Virus record (IMG/VR): IMGVR_UViG_3300010282_000004
Location: 1 to 64,000 of that record
Strand: one strand, 5' to 3'
Length of the DNA stretch: 64,000 nt
DNA from: a virus
Lineage: Duplodnaviria > Caudoviricetes
Of this stretch, positions 36,576 to 51,500 are shown one piece after another. The notes under the pieces are model-generated. The model was given only the letters and a program-made list of their open reading frames with translations. It made no database searches and was not told where the DNA came from. Every line of letters starts with the position of its first letter. Within the stretch, counting starts at the first letter, position 1. Position numbers and translations under genes: made by a program.

Positions 36576-39500
36576 ATGGCTAATGCAAGTAACTCAAGTT
36601 TTTTAAGACAGTATAACATCAAAATTGGTGCTGATACTACAGAACTTTTAAATAAATTAAAGGCTGCAAAAAAAGAGTTAACAGATAAATTAAATAATTT
36701 AGATTTTAGTGTATTAACTGATGCAGTAAAAAAAGACATGGAAAAAGTACTTGAAGAAGTAACAAACGCAACAGAGCTCATGTCTAAGTCATTTGAAAAT
36801 ATTGAAAGCAAACTTAATGTAGATGGTATAGAAAAAAATTTCACCAATCTATCTTCTACTGTTGAATCTACAGTTGGAACATTAAAGGATACGCTTGGTT
36901 CGCTTGAAGAATCTATTGCCACTCTTAATAGCAGAGACTTTACACAACTTGGTGGGCAAATATCTCAAAGTTTTAATGAAGTGAACGAAAGTGTTGGTAA
37001 AGTACTTGGTAAAATTGTAGAAGTTACTGTTGGTATAAAAGAATATCAGGAAGTTCTTAGGGATGTTAGATCCGGTAAGATTACAATGAATATTGAAACT
37101 AATAACATGGAAAATACAGTTTCAAATGTTGAAAATGAATTGGATGTTATTGCACATAAATATTCTGATGTTATTTCTAAAATAGAAGAAAGACTGTCAG
37201 ATATGAATGTACCAACAGACCCAAGAGAAGATTTAAAAGGTTTAAGAGAATATCTTATAGTTCTCAATAATGTTATTGAATCTTATGACGAATTTAACAA
37301 TGATCAAAAAAGGTCTATTGGATTAAATATAGACATGATAAAGAAACAACGTTCTCAAATTAGCGGCTTATATGAGGATGGTATTAGATATGCAAAAAGA
37401 GCGGCAATTGATCTTGAAAAAGAAAACCTTGCAATAAACGTTTCAGAAAAAGTATCAGATATGCTTTCTGGAGCAATTGAGAAAGGTAATACAGATGAAA
37501 TCAAAAAGGCACTTGATAAGGTTGTAAAATTTCTTGGTGGATTGGATTTTGGAGAAGGTATTGAATTAAAGTGGAAAACTAGAATTGATCCAGACGTTAC
37601 AGTTGAAAAATTAGAAAAAGAACTTCAAGAAAGATATATTCAACCAATTCAAGAGTATCTTAATAATCCGAACAATGAACTTAAACTTCATGTTTCTATT
37701 GCAAAACAAAGTGCAGTTAATCTAAGAGATGAGGCCATGAAGATTATACATGATGCATTAGCAGGCAAATTGGGCGATAATACCATTGGAGATTTAAGAA
37801 AAGATATTGTAGAGCAACAGGCCGCAAAGCAATCCGGTCAATCATCATCTCAGCAATCTTTTGTTCCAATGCCTGGCAGATATGCATCACAATCAGGAGT
37901 GTCTAATTCAAATTATGGAGGCATAAATTTAGATGCAACAGGACTTGCTCAGGAATCTACATTATCTAGAATTGCAAATGCAGTTGAAAAATGGGATTCT
38001 AATGGTATTCCGACAGTATCAAGATATCCTAAAAAAGAAGAAAACATTACTGAAAAAGCAATTAATAAAGCAGAACAATTACTTGCTGGCAGATCGTTGG
38101 GTAATATTAACAATCCTATTGCAGTTGATGCCGCAAATGTTAGAAAAGAAACTATCAAAAGAATTGGTTATTACGAACAAAGAAACGATATGATTAAAGA
38201 ACTTGCTAAAGTAGGCGTAAGATTGACAAAGAAAAAAGATATCTTTACTAGTTCAGCGTTCTTTAATGAAGGATATACCGCAAAAGACGGAAAAGTTTAT
38301 GCTAAATGGGCAGGTCTTGGTACTCCTGTTCTACTTGAGGATTGGAAAAAAGAATGGCTTAAAGTTCTTGAAGATGGTGTTAAACCTTTAACAGAGCTTG
38401 AGAAGAGAACAATAAAAGAAAATAAATACAATAGAGATAAATTTACTAAGGAAGAATGGGAAAAACTTGAAGTTAAACAGAATTATACTATCACAGAATG
38501 GTTAAACAAACAACTTGTTGATGTAAATAAGATCAAAGAAGGAAGTGGCCTTGAATATGATGGCAAACGTCTTATTGCAGCAAATGAAACATCTACAAGT
38601 TATGGATCTATCTACTCTTCTGCTCAAAGTCAAATAAGAGTTCTTCAGAAAGAAATCCTTGAAGATAGAAAAGACGAAAATGGTAATATAATTCTTGGTC
38701 TTAATACTGAAGCTCAAAAACTTGACATTTTAAAAGAAGAACGTGATTTAATGCAACAAATCATAGGACTATCTTCTACTGATCCAAGTAATGAAATGCT
38801 TCCTCAGTTAAAAGAACAACTCAGGCAAAAAGAAAGACATATTGAAAATCAAGATTTATTTAAAGAAAAACAGGCACGTCTCATTGAACTTGAGAATATT
38901 AGGACAGAAAATAATGGGTGGTCTAATGACGAGTTTTATGAGTACGAAAACATAAAACAATTAATAAATTCTTTGTATGTTGAGCCTACGGAAGATATGT
39001 TGGAATTTGCGCTAAAAAATGTTGAGGTAATTGACGCTGCAGTTACTGAACAACAGGCTAAGGTAGAAGCATTACAAAGTACGTATAATGATAGAATAAG
39101 AGATATTACAATTAAGTTCTATAAAGACAATAATGTTTTTACAACTGATAGTGGACAACAAATTAAATTACTTGTAAATGATGATGCAGATTATAGAAAA
39201 AAGGTTGAAGAATTAAAGGTAGGTCGTGCCACTCTTTCTGCTATGGAAGCATCTATGTATCGTGGCGACTATGAAGATTATGGTGCGTTATACAATGATG
39301 AAGAAAGAAAACAATATAGTCAGTTAAAATATAGAATGGATGCGCTTGGCAAGGCAGTTGTATTTTATCAAGAGATGCGTAAAAAGCAGGGTGTTGAATT
39401 AGAGAAGATAAAGGAATTTGTTCCAAAGAAGGTAGATTCTCAGGGTGAAGAAGTTATGACTCTTGCAAAAGCATTAAAACCTATGATTGAATCTGGTTTA

Positions 39501-42500
39501 ACAGAGAACGAATATCTAAGAACTGCTAGTCAAGAAGAGTTTAAACAAATTGTAGAAGACTTATTAAAGGTCGAAGATTCAGAGTATGATGTTCAGCAAG
39601 ATGTTATTACTGCGCTTGAAGCACGTATACAATATCTAAACAAAAAGAAAATTGAAGTTGATAAGGATATAAAGGATGCAAAAGCTGCAGGTAGGGACAC
39701 AATTAAATTAGAAGAAACAAGTAAGGGTCTTGGAGAGGCCGTTGCAGGTTTAAGCGCAGACAAGAAAAATATAGAAGCACAAAATAAATTAACTACTGCT
39801 ATTAAGTCTACAAATAATTTAAACGACAAAGAGTTTGATCAACTCATGAGAATCGTTGATACATTTGTAGAGAAACAGAATTCTAAGAATAGATTAGATT
39901 TCCTTGATAAGAAATTAAGTCCATTAAGTGAGGTTGATTATAACAATTTTTTAAAAGAATTTAATGAAAGAATGTCTGTAGTTTTTGATCTTGATGAAAA
40001 ACACAATGCACAAAAAATAACAGATGAACAATATAATGCATTAATAACTGATGCTGAGAACAAAGTATATGAAACAATAGCAAAAATGAATCCGTTGCCA
40101 GAAGATGTTCCAATTGAAACAAAGGATAAGTTAAATAATATTATATATCAAATTGCGTACAGAGAAAATTCATATAAGACTCTTTCTGAAGCGTTACAAC
40201 AAGAAAGAAAAAACAGGGCAAATCTTATAAAAGCCTATGAAGAAGGTAAACTTGTAGATCCAAAAACAGGTGACATAGCAGAGGATTATTTTAGAAAAAA
40301 AGATCAAGAATATGTTGATAGAATTAATGAAATTGTGTCTAACTTGAACTCAATACTTGACGAAAATGATAGATTGATGAAAGACAAATCTGAGTTATTA
40401 TCCGGGTATAGAACAAGTGGAAAGGCTTTTGATCAATATACTGCCGAAAAAGTAAATAGTCAAAAGTTGGATAAGCAACTTGAGATGCTAATCGAAGAAG
40501 CACTTGGATCTTTAAGCGGTCGTATCAAAGACAAACTTGGCGAAACACTAACATCTTTAATAAGCGAAGGAAAATTCCACGAAGGTCTTAAGGAAGGATT
40601 AGATAAAGGAATTGACTCTATTATTGCAGAAGAAGGATTGGGTAAAGACGGAAAGATTTTTAAAGAGCAGCTTGACGAAGCTATCGATTCCATTTTAGAA
40701 GAAGGTTTAACTGGATATGATTTAGAGAAGAAATTAAGTGATAAGTTCTCTTCTATAATTAATAAAAACTTTTATGTTAGAGGTGGACATTTAAAAGGAT
40801 TACTCAAGAATGGTGTTGAAGGTCTTCTATCCAATGATTTAATTTACAATCTAATAAATTATAAATTAACTCCGACTGGAAAGGCTACTACTAATATTAC
40901 AAATAGTGCTTCTACTAGAGTTTCTGAAAGCAAACAGGCCACTGAGATATTAAATAGAATTCTTCATAGAAATACAGTTAGGACTGAAACTGAGAAAAAA
41001 AGAAGCGAAGAAAGAACTGAAGAAAGAACCAGAGCTGAAGTTAAAAAAGAAGAGACGAAAGAAAGATTTAATGTTTCAAGTATATTAAATAGTCTTGAAA
41101 CTATGCAGAATGAAATATATGAAAATATAGATGAAAAAAAGTTGATGGAAAACGAATTAACAGAATTGGAAAGCCTGTCTGGAAGCAATTTATTAAAAGC
41201 ATATGATAAATTTTATGAGTCAAAAGAAAAGGAATTAGAAGCTCTTGATCAAAGCGAAAAGGATTTGTTAGCAAAAATTAATTCATATACGTACTCTAAC
41301 GAAGGTATCGAAGAATTGGTTAATGACATACTTAACAACAAAGATGGTAGATATGTGAAAAGAGTATCTAATGACCCAAGAGTACCAAATGTACCGTTGA
41401 GCAAACAAGAACTTGAAAAAAAGGCTAATGAAAAACGTACTGAATTATACACAGAGAAAAACAAATTAAATGAAGAATACAATAAAACAGTTGAAGATAA
41501 TAAGGTTAAAAGGCAAAATATTGAAAAGGAAATAGCTGACGAGCGTTCTAAAATGGCTGCAGGTAATGCATATCTTAATATCTTAATATCCGAAAGAGAA
41601 AAATTAAAGAAATTTACAAGTTCTGCAAATGAAACTGAATCAAAAATAAAAAAAATAGATGACGAATTGAATCTGATAAGAAATAGAGCTCAAATAACTG
41701 GGCAAATCCCTGACGAAATCGAGCAAAGACGTAGTGAATTATTAAAAGAACGTGAAATACTACAATCGTCTTATAATTATAAGATTGAATCTAAAAAAGA
41801 TATTGAAGATAAAATTTTATCTTTAGAAGAAAAAATACTCCACGGAGACGGGCAGGATGAAATAAATAATAGAATTGACGTAATACATCAAGACCTTGAA
41901 AATTTGCAAGTTAGAAGAGATTTTATTCGTGATTCATACAAATCAAAAGCTGGAGATTTAATCACTGGATCTGGCGAAAAGGAAACTAAAGAGTCACGTT
42001 TCTATGAGCTTAATGAAGCCCTTAAACATTATTCTAATTCAAATTTTAAAATAGAAAGAGAACTGTGGGGAAAGGCAGGGACATATCTTAATAGTGACGA
42101 TATTTCCGATATTATATTTGGGCAAGTAGGGGCTAAATATAAATCTCGTTTAGGGGCTGAATATACTATTACCGAGGATATGCAGTCACTTGCTCGTGAG
42201 TTTGGTAAAAATGAGCCTATCATTAGTAACTTAACAAAAGCATTAAGGAGATTTATCCCAAATTTTGATAAAGACGTTTCTATATTGGGCGGATATGATG
42301 ATAAGTATACAATTAAGCCATCTGATAGTACTGATGCTATCAATAAAAATACTACCGCTACAGAAGAAAATACTGAATCTAAATCAGATGCTACTACTGC
42401 TACTGCTGCTTCTACAGATGAAATCAAAAAAGAAACAGAAGAAATTGAGAAAAATACAAAGGCTAAACAAAAAAATCAAAAGGTAACAAATGATATTCTT

Positions 42501-45500
42501 AAACAGTATGGTGTAGATAGTGAGAAATCAAAAAATGATCAAGAAATCATACAGGGAATACTTGATTCTACATATGATGAAGATCAGTTTGACTTGGATA
42601 ATGTAAGACGTTCTACACCAACTTATATTGCTTATGAAAAAAGAAAACTTGATTTACAAAAAGATATTGACACGTTAAAAGACGAGAAGTCTAAGGCCGG
42701 AGTTAAACGTGAAAAGAAAACTGATACTGCTCTTTCAGATTTGATTCGCCAAAAAGAAAATGTTGAAAAAGAACTTGAGCGAATGAAGGATGGATTTTCC
42801 CAAAAAGAAGTTAACAATTTAGAAATACTTTATAATTATGTTCGTTCTATTTACTCTCCAAAATCCGGCATTATAAATGCGACACTTGACGGAATTATTG
42901 GTGATGAAGACGATATTAAAGCTATTAAAGAAAAGGCAAACTTCTTTGAAAATCAGTTTAGGTTGTATAGTCCACAAAATATGAAGCAAAGGTATGAATC
43001 TTCTGATGAGTTGAAGGGACAATTCAAATCTTATAAGGAATACTCTAAGCACATGTTAAAAGAGTTAAATAAAGATCGTGGTACAAAATACAAATCGACA
43101 GGTGATTACTTAAAAGATCTTTATACTCAAATTAAAAGTGATGCTGAATTTGTGGCTGGAAGTTATAAATATAATAATCATGGTAAAAATCCTGATAATG
43201 TTATACGTGGATTACGCTCTCAACTTACAACACTTGAGAATAACTTACATGACTTACAAACAAGAAATGTTACACACGGAGAAGCCCATGATAAGGAGAT
43301 ACAAGAACTTGAATCTAAGATTCAAGAAAAACGTGATGAGTTAAGAGAGTATGAAGAAGGTTATGAGCAATATAGTATACAAGCAAAAGAAAAAGAAATA
43401 GCAGATTTAAATCAAAGAATAAACAATGAAAAAACTGCTAGAGCAATAAATGTTTCTAGTTCAGGCGAGCAAGATGCACAAAAAGCAATAAATAACAAAC
43501 GAAGAGAATTAAAAAGATTAGAGGCAAAAGAAAAATCTATTGGTCTTGCAGATCCAATGTACTTGAAAGCCGTAGAAGAAAATGAAAAACGCAAGGAAAA
43601 ACGTGAAGAAGAAGAAAATCGCCATGCTCATATGACTGAAGAAGAGAAAAAACTTACAAATGATTTGTATGAAGCTAATGGTAAACTTATCAATATGTTA
43701 AAAGATAAGGATAAGTATACAGAGAAACAGATAGACGATCAAAAGAAAATTATACGAGGTCTTGAAGAACAAGTAGAACTTAGTGAACGACTTGAACTCT
43801 ACGAAAGAGGCCAGTATAATAATGCAAGACTTAAATCTCAATATAGACCTAAACAAAAACTCTCCTCTTCTACTGACGAGCCTTTTATAGATATAGATCC
43901 TACTATCCCAGCAACAGAAAAAACGTTAGTTGAGATAAGGGATATATTGTACAAAACTATCGGCAAAAACCTTAGTCGTCCAAAACAGAAAACTGAAGAT
44001 GAAAGAGAACATAGCGAATTCTTTAAAAAATATGGTGTCGAATATAATAAATACTTAATTGATAAAGTTGCTAAAGATCTTGGTCTTATGAGTGAAACCT
44101 ATAAAAATGGTGTTAAGGTAAAATACATTGATAAAGACGATAGAGAAACTGTAAATCTTGAATATGCAAGACGTATTAAGGAAAGAAATAAAGAAATAGA
44201 TAAAATTGCTGAAGAGCTTGGTTTATTTAAGAAGAATAAGGCTGGTGAGAAATACCTTACTAGTGAAGGTCGTAGACGTGCAATTGTAGAAATGGAGAAT
44301 CGTTCTCCTGGTTCTTCTATGTATCAACGGCATACTATTGATTCTTGGAGAAAAGAATTCGAGAAAGACCCTACTTATAAAATTGGGCAGATTAAGGACG
44401 CAAGAGATTTAATAAAAACAATTTTATTAGAAGACGCTAAGGGTAATGATGTATCTAAATTGTTTAGTGATTTGATGACTAAGTTTGGCGACCAAATTGG
44501 AGTTAAAAAAGAAGTCGAAGACAAAGATTCTTTAACAAATCAGATAAAAGACATAATGATTAAGATGCTTGAGGCCGATTCAAAAGGAGAAGACACTTCA
44601 GAATTATTTAAAGAATTGCTTAAAAAGCAAGAAGAGGTAAATAGTCTAAAGGTAGAAAGTAATAAAGATGGTGAGCAGTCTGATTCAACTGCTCAGACAG
44701 AAGTTAAGCCAGACCTTAAAGAAGAAATTAAGGGATTACTTCAGCAGTTCTTTTTAAAGGATGCTCTTGGCGAAGATACTTCTGATTTATTCAAACAACT
44801 TTTACAAAAGGCTGATTCAGTTTTAGGTAACGAAGAAAGTGTACTATCAAAGGCAATTAAGTCTGCTACAAAATCTAACAAGGTTGGAGAATTAGACACT
44901 GAACTTTATAAAGAAATAGCTAAAAGAAATGGTTGGTATTATGAGAATACATTAGAGGACGGTACTGTTAAAAGTGGTGTAAAGTCTGATTTCAGAAAGT
45001 ATGTTTATGGCCAGATGGAAATCGAGAAGGCAGGATCGAGTGGCTATTCAGACGAAGTAGTTAAAGAAAACGTTAAGGAATATTTGATGTATCTTCTTGC
45101 AAAAGGTCGTGATGGAGCTTTAACAAAAGCAGGTACTACTCGTGCCTCATCAAAGAAAGAGCTTGAAAAAGAATTGGTAAATATCAAACCTGGTTTTGAA
45201 GGACTTACCGAAGAGCAATTAACTCGTGTTAATTCTATACTAGGAGATACTGCTACTACTCTATCTCAGGTTGCACAGTCTTCGGAACAAGTCGCAAGTG
45301 CTCAGTCTAATCTTAGCGAAGAAGAAAAATTAAGATTAAGAGCGGAGGAACAACAACAGGCTGATTTAGATAAATTTGGAAATAATAATGCTGCTGCTGG
45401 ATCTTTAGAGAATCAGACAAATGTAACCGATGCTTTGGTCGAATCTTCTCAGCAAGCTACTGCCGCTCTATCAGAACAAGATAATGCAAATAGGCAAGTA

Positions 45501-48500
45501 GCAGAATCTTCTCAGCAAGCCACTACTGCTCTATCAGAACAAACTGGTCAGCAAACACAAACTTCTTCCGAACAAACTGGTTCTGATATACCAAATGAAT
45601 TACCATTGCCTACTGGCGAAGTACTTGATTTTAAAAAGCTTCTTGAAGAATATAAGATGGCAGAGCCTATATTGGATAAATATGGGAAAAAAACTGTTGA
45701 GAAGTTTTATAATGGCGCATTGGCAGAAACCGATGATGAGAAAAAAGCATTTGAAGAAATTGCTAAAATTCCCAAGGAAGTTATAGCTACTTATCTTGAT
45801 ATGCACTCTCCTTCTAAAGTTATGGAAGTACTTGGATATAATACTATAGAAGGTTTTGCCAAAGGTATTGAGGAAAATGCAGATAGAGTTTCTGAGGCCA
45901 TGGCCTATGCTCTTCAGGAAGGTAAATTTACTCAGTCTGATATAAACGATTTATTAGGATCTTTAGATCGTAGAAAAAAATCAAACAAAATTGTTGGAGA
46001 TTTTATTGATTCTAAACGGTATGAATCTGATGAAATAAAACAATTATTACAGGCAGACATGACTGCATATGGAGAATTAAAGTCATCTATCTTATCTCAA
46101 ATTAAAGATAAGAATATGAATGATATTGCAAAAATAATAAGAGATGATACTGACTTCGTCAATAAAATTACAGATGCTGAAACTGCGTTAAAGAACATAA
46201 CAAATGGACAGGCAACATTTGAAAACGTATTTGCAGATATTTTTGGAAATAAATCTCATAAAACAGTTAGTGAAGCCTATACTACTGCTATTCGTAAAAT
46301 GACAGTTGGAACCGGGGAACTTAATGAGACTATTGCTAAAGTTGTAAACAACTTAGGTGATGTTGAAACTGCAAGTGAGGAAGCTTTTGATGTAAAACCT
46401 GTTAAAGAACAAATAAACGGTTTGAGAAGTGAACTTGGTAATGATTTAAATGTAAAAGAAAAAACTAGAAAAGCAAAAAAAGGAAATAAGAAGTCATATA
46501 AAATCGAAGGTGAAAATGGTACTGCTACTATTAGTGAAAGTGGAGAAGTATCTATCACAAAGAAAACTATAAATGATTTAGACAAGAAAAGACAGAATGA
46601 TAAAGATGAAAAAGAAAATGAAAGAAAAACAAAAGATGCAAAAAGGAAAGAGTTTGATGAAATTATTGATGCTGCAAAAGCAGTTGTAATTGCCGAAAGA
46701 GAAGTTGACTCTGCTTTTAATAAATTTAAAAAAGACAATAATGCATTCGCACCGATTCTTGCAGAAGCAAGGGTAAACCTTGACAAAAAGAAAGAAGAAC
46801 TAGCAAAATTTGATGTAGAAAAATTCTTGAAAGATAATTCTAAATATCTTACAAAGAAACAGATGAGTGCGTATGATAGTGCCATTAGAAAACAAAGAAC
46901 TTTAGAAGACACTAGACTTGCATCTCAACAGTCAGACTTTAATGCAACTGTAAATAAAAATCAGAAAAAGGCTGATGCCCAACATGCAGCTAGAGTGAAT
47001 GAGGATGCAGAAGAATTAAAATCACTGAAAACAAAAAGTCTTGATTATGAATACTTAATTCAAAAAGCGACTGGGGAAAAAGAGAAAAAAACTTTAAAGC
47101 GTCTTAAGGCTGATGTAGATTCAATATTTGAAACAAAATTTGCATCTTATGGAAAAGAAGTTATAAGTGTATATGATGATAAAATTAAGGATGTTGAATC
47201 TAGGCATATTGAAAGAATGGCTCTTGAAATTTCGAAGAATGATGATAAACTTGATAAATTAGGTAAAAAGAATAGTTCAGACAAGAGTGTTCAAAATGCT
47301 CGTGAATTATTAGACCTTCAGAAAGAAATTTATAGATACGAAATTATGCGAGATAAGGCCGGAGAAGGTTATGAAAAAGATGCATTAAATAAAATTTTAG
47401 CTCAAAAGAATGAACGGTTTTTAAAATTGTTTAGTAAGGCAGATAAGGCCACAGTTAAAGAGTTCAATAAAGGATATGGAAGTATATATGAAAAACATAA
47501 TAACGAACTATATCTATTATCTCAAAAGAATAAGGATAAGGAAGATATTAAACTTAGAAAAGAGGCTGAAGCTGATAATAGACAATTTGATAAAGACCGT
47601 GAGCATGAAATAAACGATGCAAAAAAGGTAAGGGAAAATGCCTATGTCAAAATTCTTAAAACAATGTTGCAAATATCAGACGCAACCAATCAGGATCAAG
47701 TTGATAATCTTAAACAGTTAATAGAACTTTACAAGAAAGATTTTAATGAAGCGTCAAATACTCTTATGAAATTAAGCACGGAAGTTTTTAATGAAAGTAA
47801 CGACAAATTAAGATTACTGAAATTAGAAACGAAAAACAAACGTGATCTTAAAATGCATAATATCCAGGAAAAAGCAGAAACAGAAAATAATCTAATAAAT
47901 AAGAAAAAGCTTGATGCTATTCAATCTGATGCTGATGAATTGTTGAAAGTTCAAGAAGAGATATATCAAACAGAAATACAAATTGAAAAGGCTCGTGGCG
48001 AAAATGAAAGAAATTATTACAAAAATCAATTAGATAACAAGAAACAAGAGTTGACCACTCTTCTGTCTCAGGCAAGTGATGAAACAAAGAATAAATTTGA
48101 AGAAGGTCTTGTTGAGTTAAAAAAGAAACATGAAGACAACCTTTCATTGATTACTGCGAAAATTCTTGATGATAGTGATGCTCGTGATAAAAAGGCACAA
48201 GAAGGAGCTGATAAAAGACAAGAAAAAATTTCTAAAGAACAGAAAAAATATATTACACAAAGAACAGAAAAAGGTCTTTGGATGGACTTCAATCATAGGA
48301 ATATTGAGAATGCTTATGCCGTAGGTGCTACTGCTACATTCAAGAATCAGAAGTCTGATACAATTTGGCAGGGTGAATTATTTAATAAAGAAGTAGATGA
48401 ATTAATATCTTCTGTTGAAGAAATTGTAAAGGCTGAAGAGGAATTAGACAAGGCGCAAAAAGAGTTTGATGAAAAAGGTGACGCATACGAGGGTAGACTT

Positions 48501-51500
48501 GATGTCGCTAAAGAAAAATTGTCTGCTGCAGTTGGAAAATATCGAGATTTAAATCCTGTTGAATTCTACGAAGGAAATAAGGATGCATTTTCTGATGACC
48601 AAATGTCAAGGTACACAAAGGTCATGGATAAATGGGAAAAGTTAAATTTAGATAGAGATACTAGAATTGCTCAAGAACGTGAAAAAGCGCAAAAGAAGTT
48701 TGAATCTGATGCTAAAAATACAATTTCTACTGCAGATAGAATGTATAAGACTATTAGTAATTTAGATGAATCTTACGGTATTACATCTGACGAAAATATT
48801 GCAGAATATAAAAAGAACATATATGATTCTTTGACTAACATAGGTAAAACTTTAAAAAAAGAATTATATAATACAGATGAGAACGATAATATTCTTAGTT
48901 TAAAAAATATAATAGATATTAACACATTAAGCAAAATAGATGAGTTAACATCAAAAGTACATACTCTTGGTGATGAGATTGAAAGAATTAACAAACAAGA
49001 AGAAATTGATTCTGAAATTAATTTGGCAAAATCTAATGTAGGTAATATGTTAAACAATCTTGGTCTTTATAATTCTGATGAATACAGAGGCCTTGTGCTG
49101 GATATAGTATCATATATCAATAATATAGACATGCTAAAACGAGACGATAACGGTTTGTTTGGTGATGTTGAAATAAATAATGCTAAAAATTATTTATCTG
49201 TTATAAAGAATATTGAAAAAGAAGCAAACAATATACCTCAACTCGCTAGTGAAATATCTAAAAGCAAAATATCTGCACAAATGTCAGATTATTTAAGAAA
49301 AAATACAAGAATTAATCCCATTAGACGTAATGAATTAGAATTATTAATGAACCAATTAGATTCAAAGTCTTTGGATCAGCAGGGGTTGAAAAATATTATT
49401 CAAAGATTTAATGAATTGAAAGTTCAAATTAACCAGGCAGGTGAAGCTGGCAAAGGCTTTGCTGCAATATTTAACACAAAAATGGTTCATATAATTTCAG
49501 CTCAGGTTGCCCAGATGTTCTCGTTTTATTCTATTTTAAATAGGATAAGAAGTGCTATTAATGTTATTGTAGATCTTGATAATGCATTAGTTGACTTGCA
49601 AAAGACAACTAAAATGAATACATCTGATTTAAATGACTTCTATTATGAAGCAAATAACATTTCAATTCGAATGGGTGTTACGACAAAAGAAATTATTGAA
49701 CAGGCAAGTGCTTGGTCAAGACTTGGTTACAATACAAAAGATGCAGCTGAACAGATGGCAGAATTGAATTCACAGTTTGCATCAATTTCTCCAGGAATGG
49801 ACATAAACACTGCTACTGACGGTCTCGTTTCATCTATGAAAGCGTTTAATATTGAGGTTGAAGATGTTGAGCGTAGAATCATGGACAATATTAATAGGGT
49901 TGGCAATACTGCTGCTACATCGAATCAGGAAATTGTTGATATGTTAACAAGATCTTCTGCTGCTATGGCAGCCGCTAATAACTCAATTGAAGAGACAATT
50001 GCTCTTGAAACAGCCGCAGTAGAAATTACAAGAAATGCTGAGACAACTGGTACTGCATTTAAAACTATTGCAATGCGTATTCGTGGTTACGATGAAGAAA
50101 CTGAAGAATTATCAGAAGACCTTGAAACAATATCTGGAGATATTGCTAGTCTTACAAAAATAAATGGCAAGGGTGGAATAAGTTTATTTACTGATGACAC
50201 AAAACAAACTTATAAATCCACATATCAAATTTTAAAAGAGATTTCTGAAATATACGATGATCTTACAGATAAACAACGTGCGGAATTACTTGAAAAACTT
50301 GCTGGTAAACGTGGCGGTCAGGTTGTAGCTGGTCTTTTAACTAATTTTGATGCAGTAGAAAAAGCTTTAAATGAAATGGATAATGCTGCAGGTTCATCTG
50401 ATGATGAAATGCGAATTATTGAAAAATCTATTTCATACAAAATAAATGCATTAAAAGAAACTTGGACTGGTGTTTTTCAGGATATTGTAGAGAGAGATGA
50501 TATTGGTAGTATTATAACTGCTCTCACATCTTTGTCATCTGCATTGGGTAATTTTATAAGATTACTTGACAATTTGAAATTTAAAATTGGAAATGTTACA
50601 GGCAATAACCCTCTAATTAATATGCTTGGATTGGGAAATGTTACAATTGGTGGAAATAATGCATTGGGTGGAATTCTTGGTCTTGGTGCTGGTGCTGCAT
50701 TGGGAACTAGAAACCTTGGTGTAATTAGAACATACAATGTTAGTAATGATGACGGTACTAGTAGTCTTAGGATTGGCACATGGTTAAATCAAAGAAAAAA
50801 TATAGTAAACAATTATGATAAAAAGATAAACAAAAACAAAAAGTTATTAGAAGAAGCAAAAGGTGTACTTCAACAACTTCAAGAATATTTTGGAGATTCT
50901 AACACATTAGAAAGAATAGAAAAATATAAAAAGGGTGTAGAAGATGTTGGGTCTGCATTTAATAATACTAGTGATGAATTAAAAAATTATGTTTTACAAC
51001 ATATAAGCTCTGATAATATTTTTGAAGATTTTATAAAAGAAACTGTTGATACAACAAACGCATTAGAGGAAGAAAAAACAGAAATTGTTAAAACATCTGG
51101 TGCAATGGATAAACTTGCCAAAACTGTTCGTGTAGGTCTTAATGCATTGGTTTCAATGGGCTTAGGAATGCTTATAGACACTGCTTTAGGATGGGTTCAA
51201 GAATATCTAAGTGCTGAAGAAACTATTCGTGAAAAAGCTCGTGATGCAGGCAAGGCTATAAGTGAAACATCTGAGTCCGTTGAGGATTATAAAAAGCAGA
51301 TAAATGATTTATATAAAGTTATTAAAGATAAAAGTTCAACAGACGATCAAGTAATAGAAGCAAGGACTACTCTTTTAGAATTACAAAATCAAATGATTGA
51401 AAAGTATGGCGATGAGACTTCTAAAATTGAATCTGTAACAAAAGCTACTCTTGGATATGTTGATGCTTTAGACCAGTTAACAACTGCACAATATTATGCT

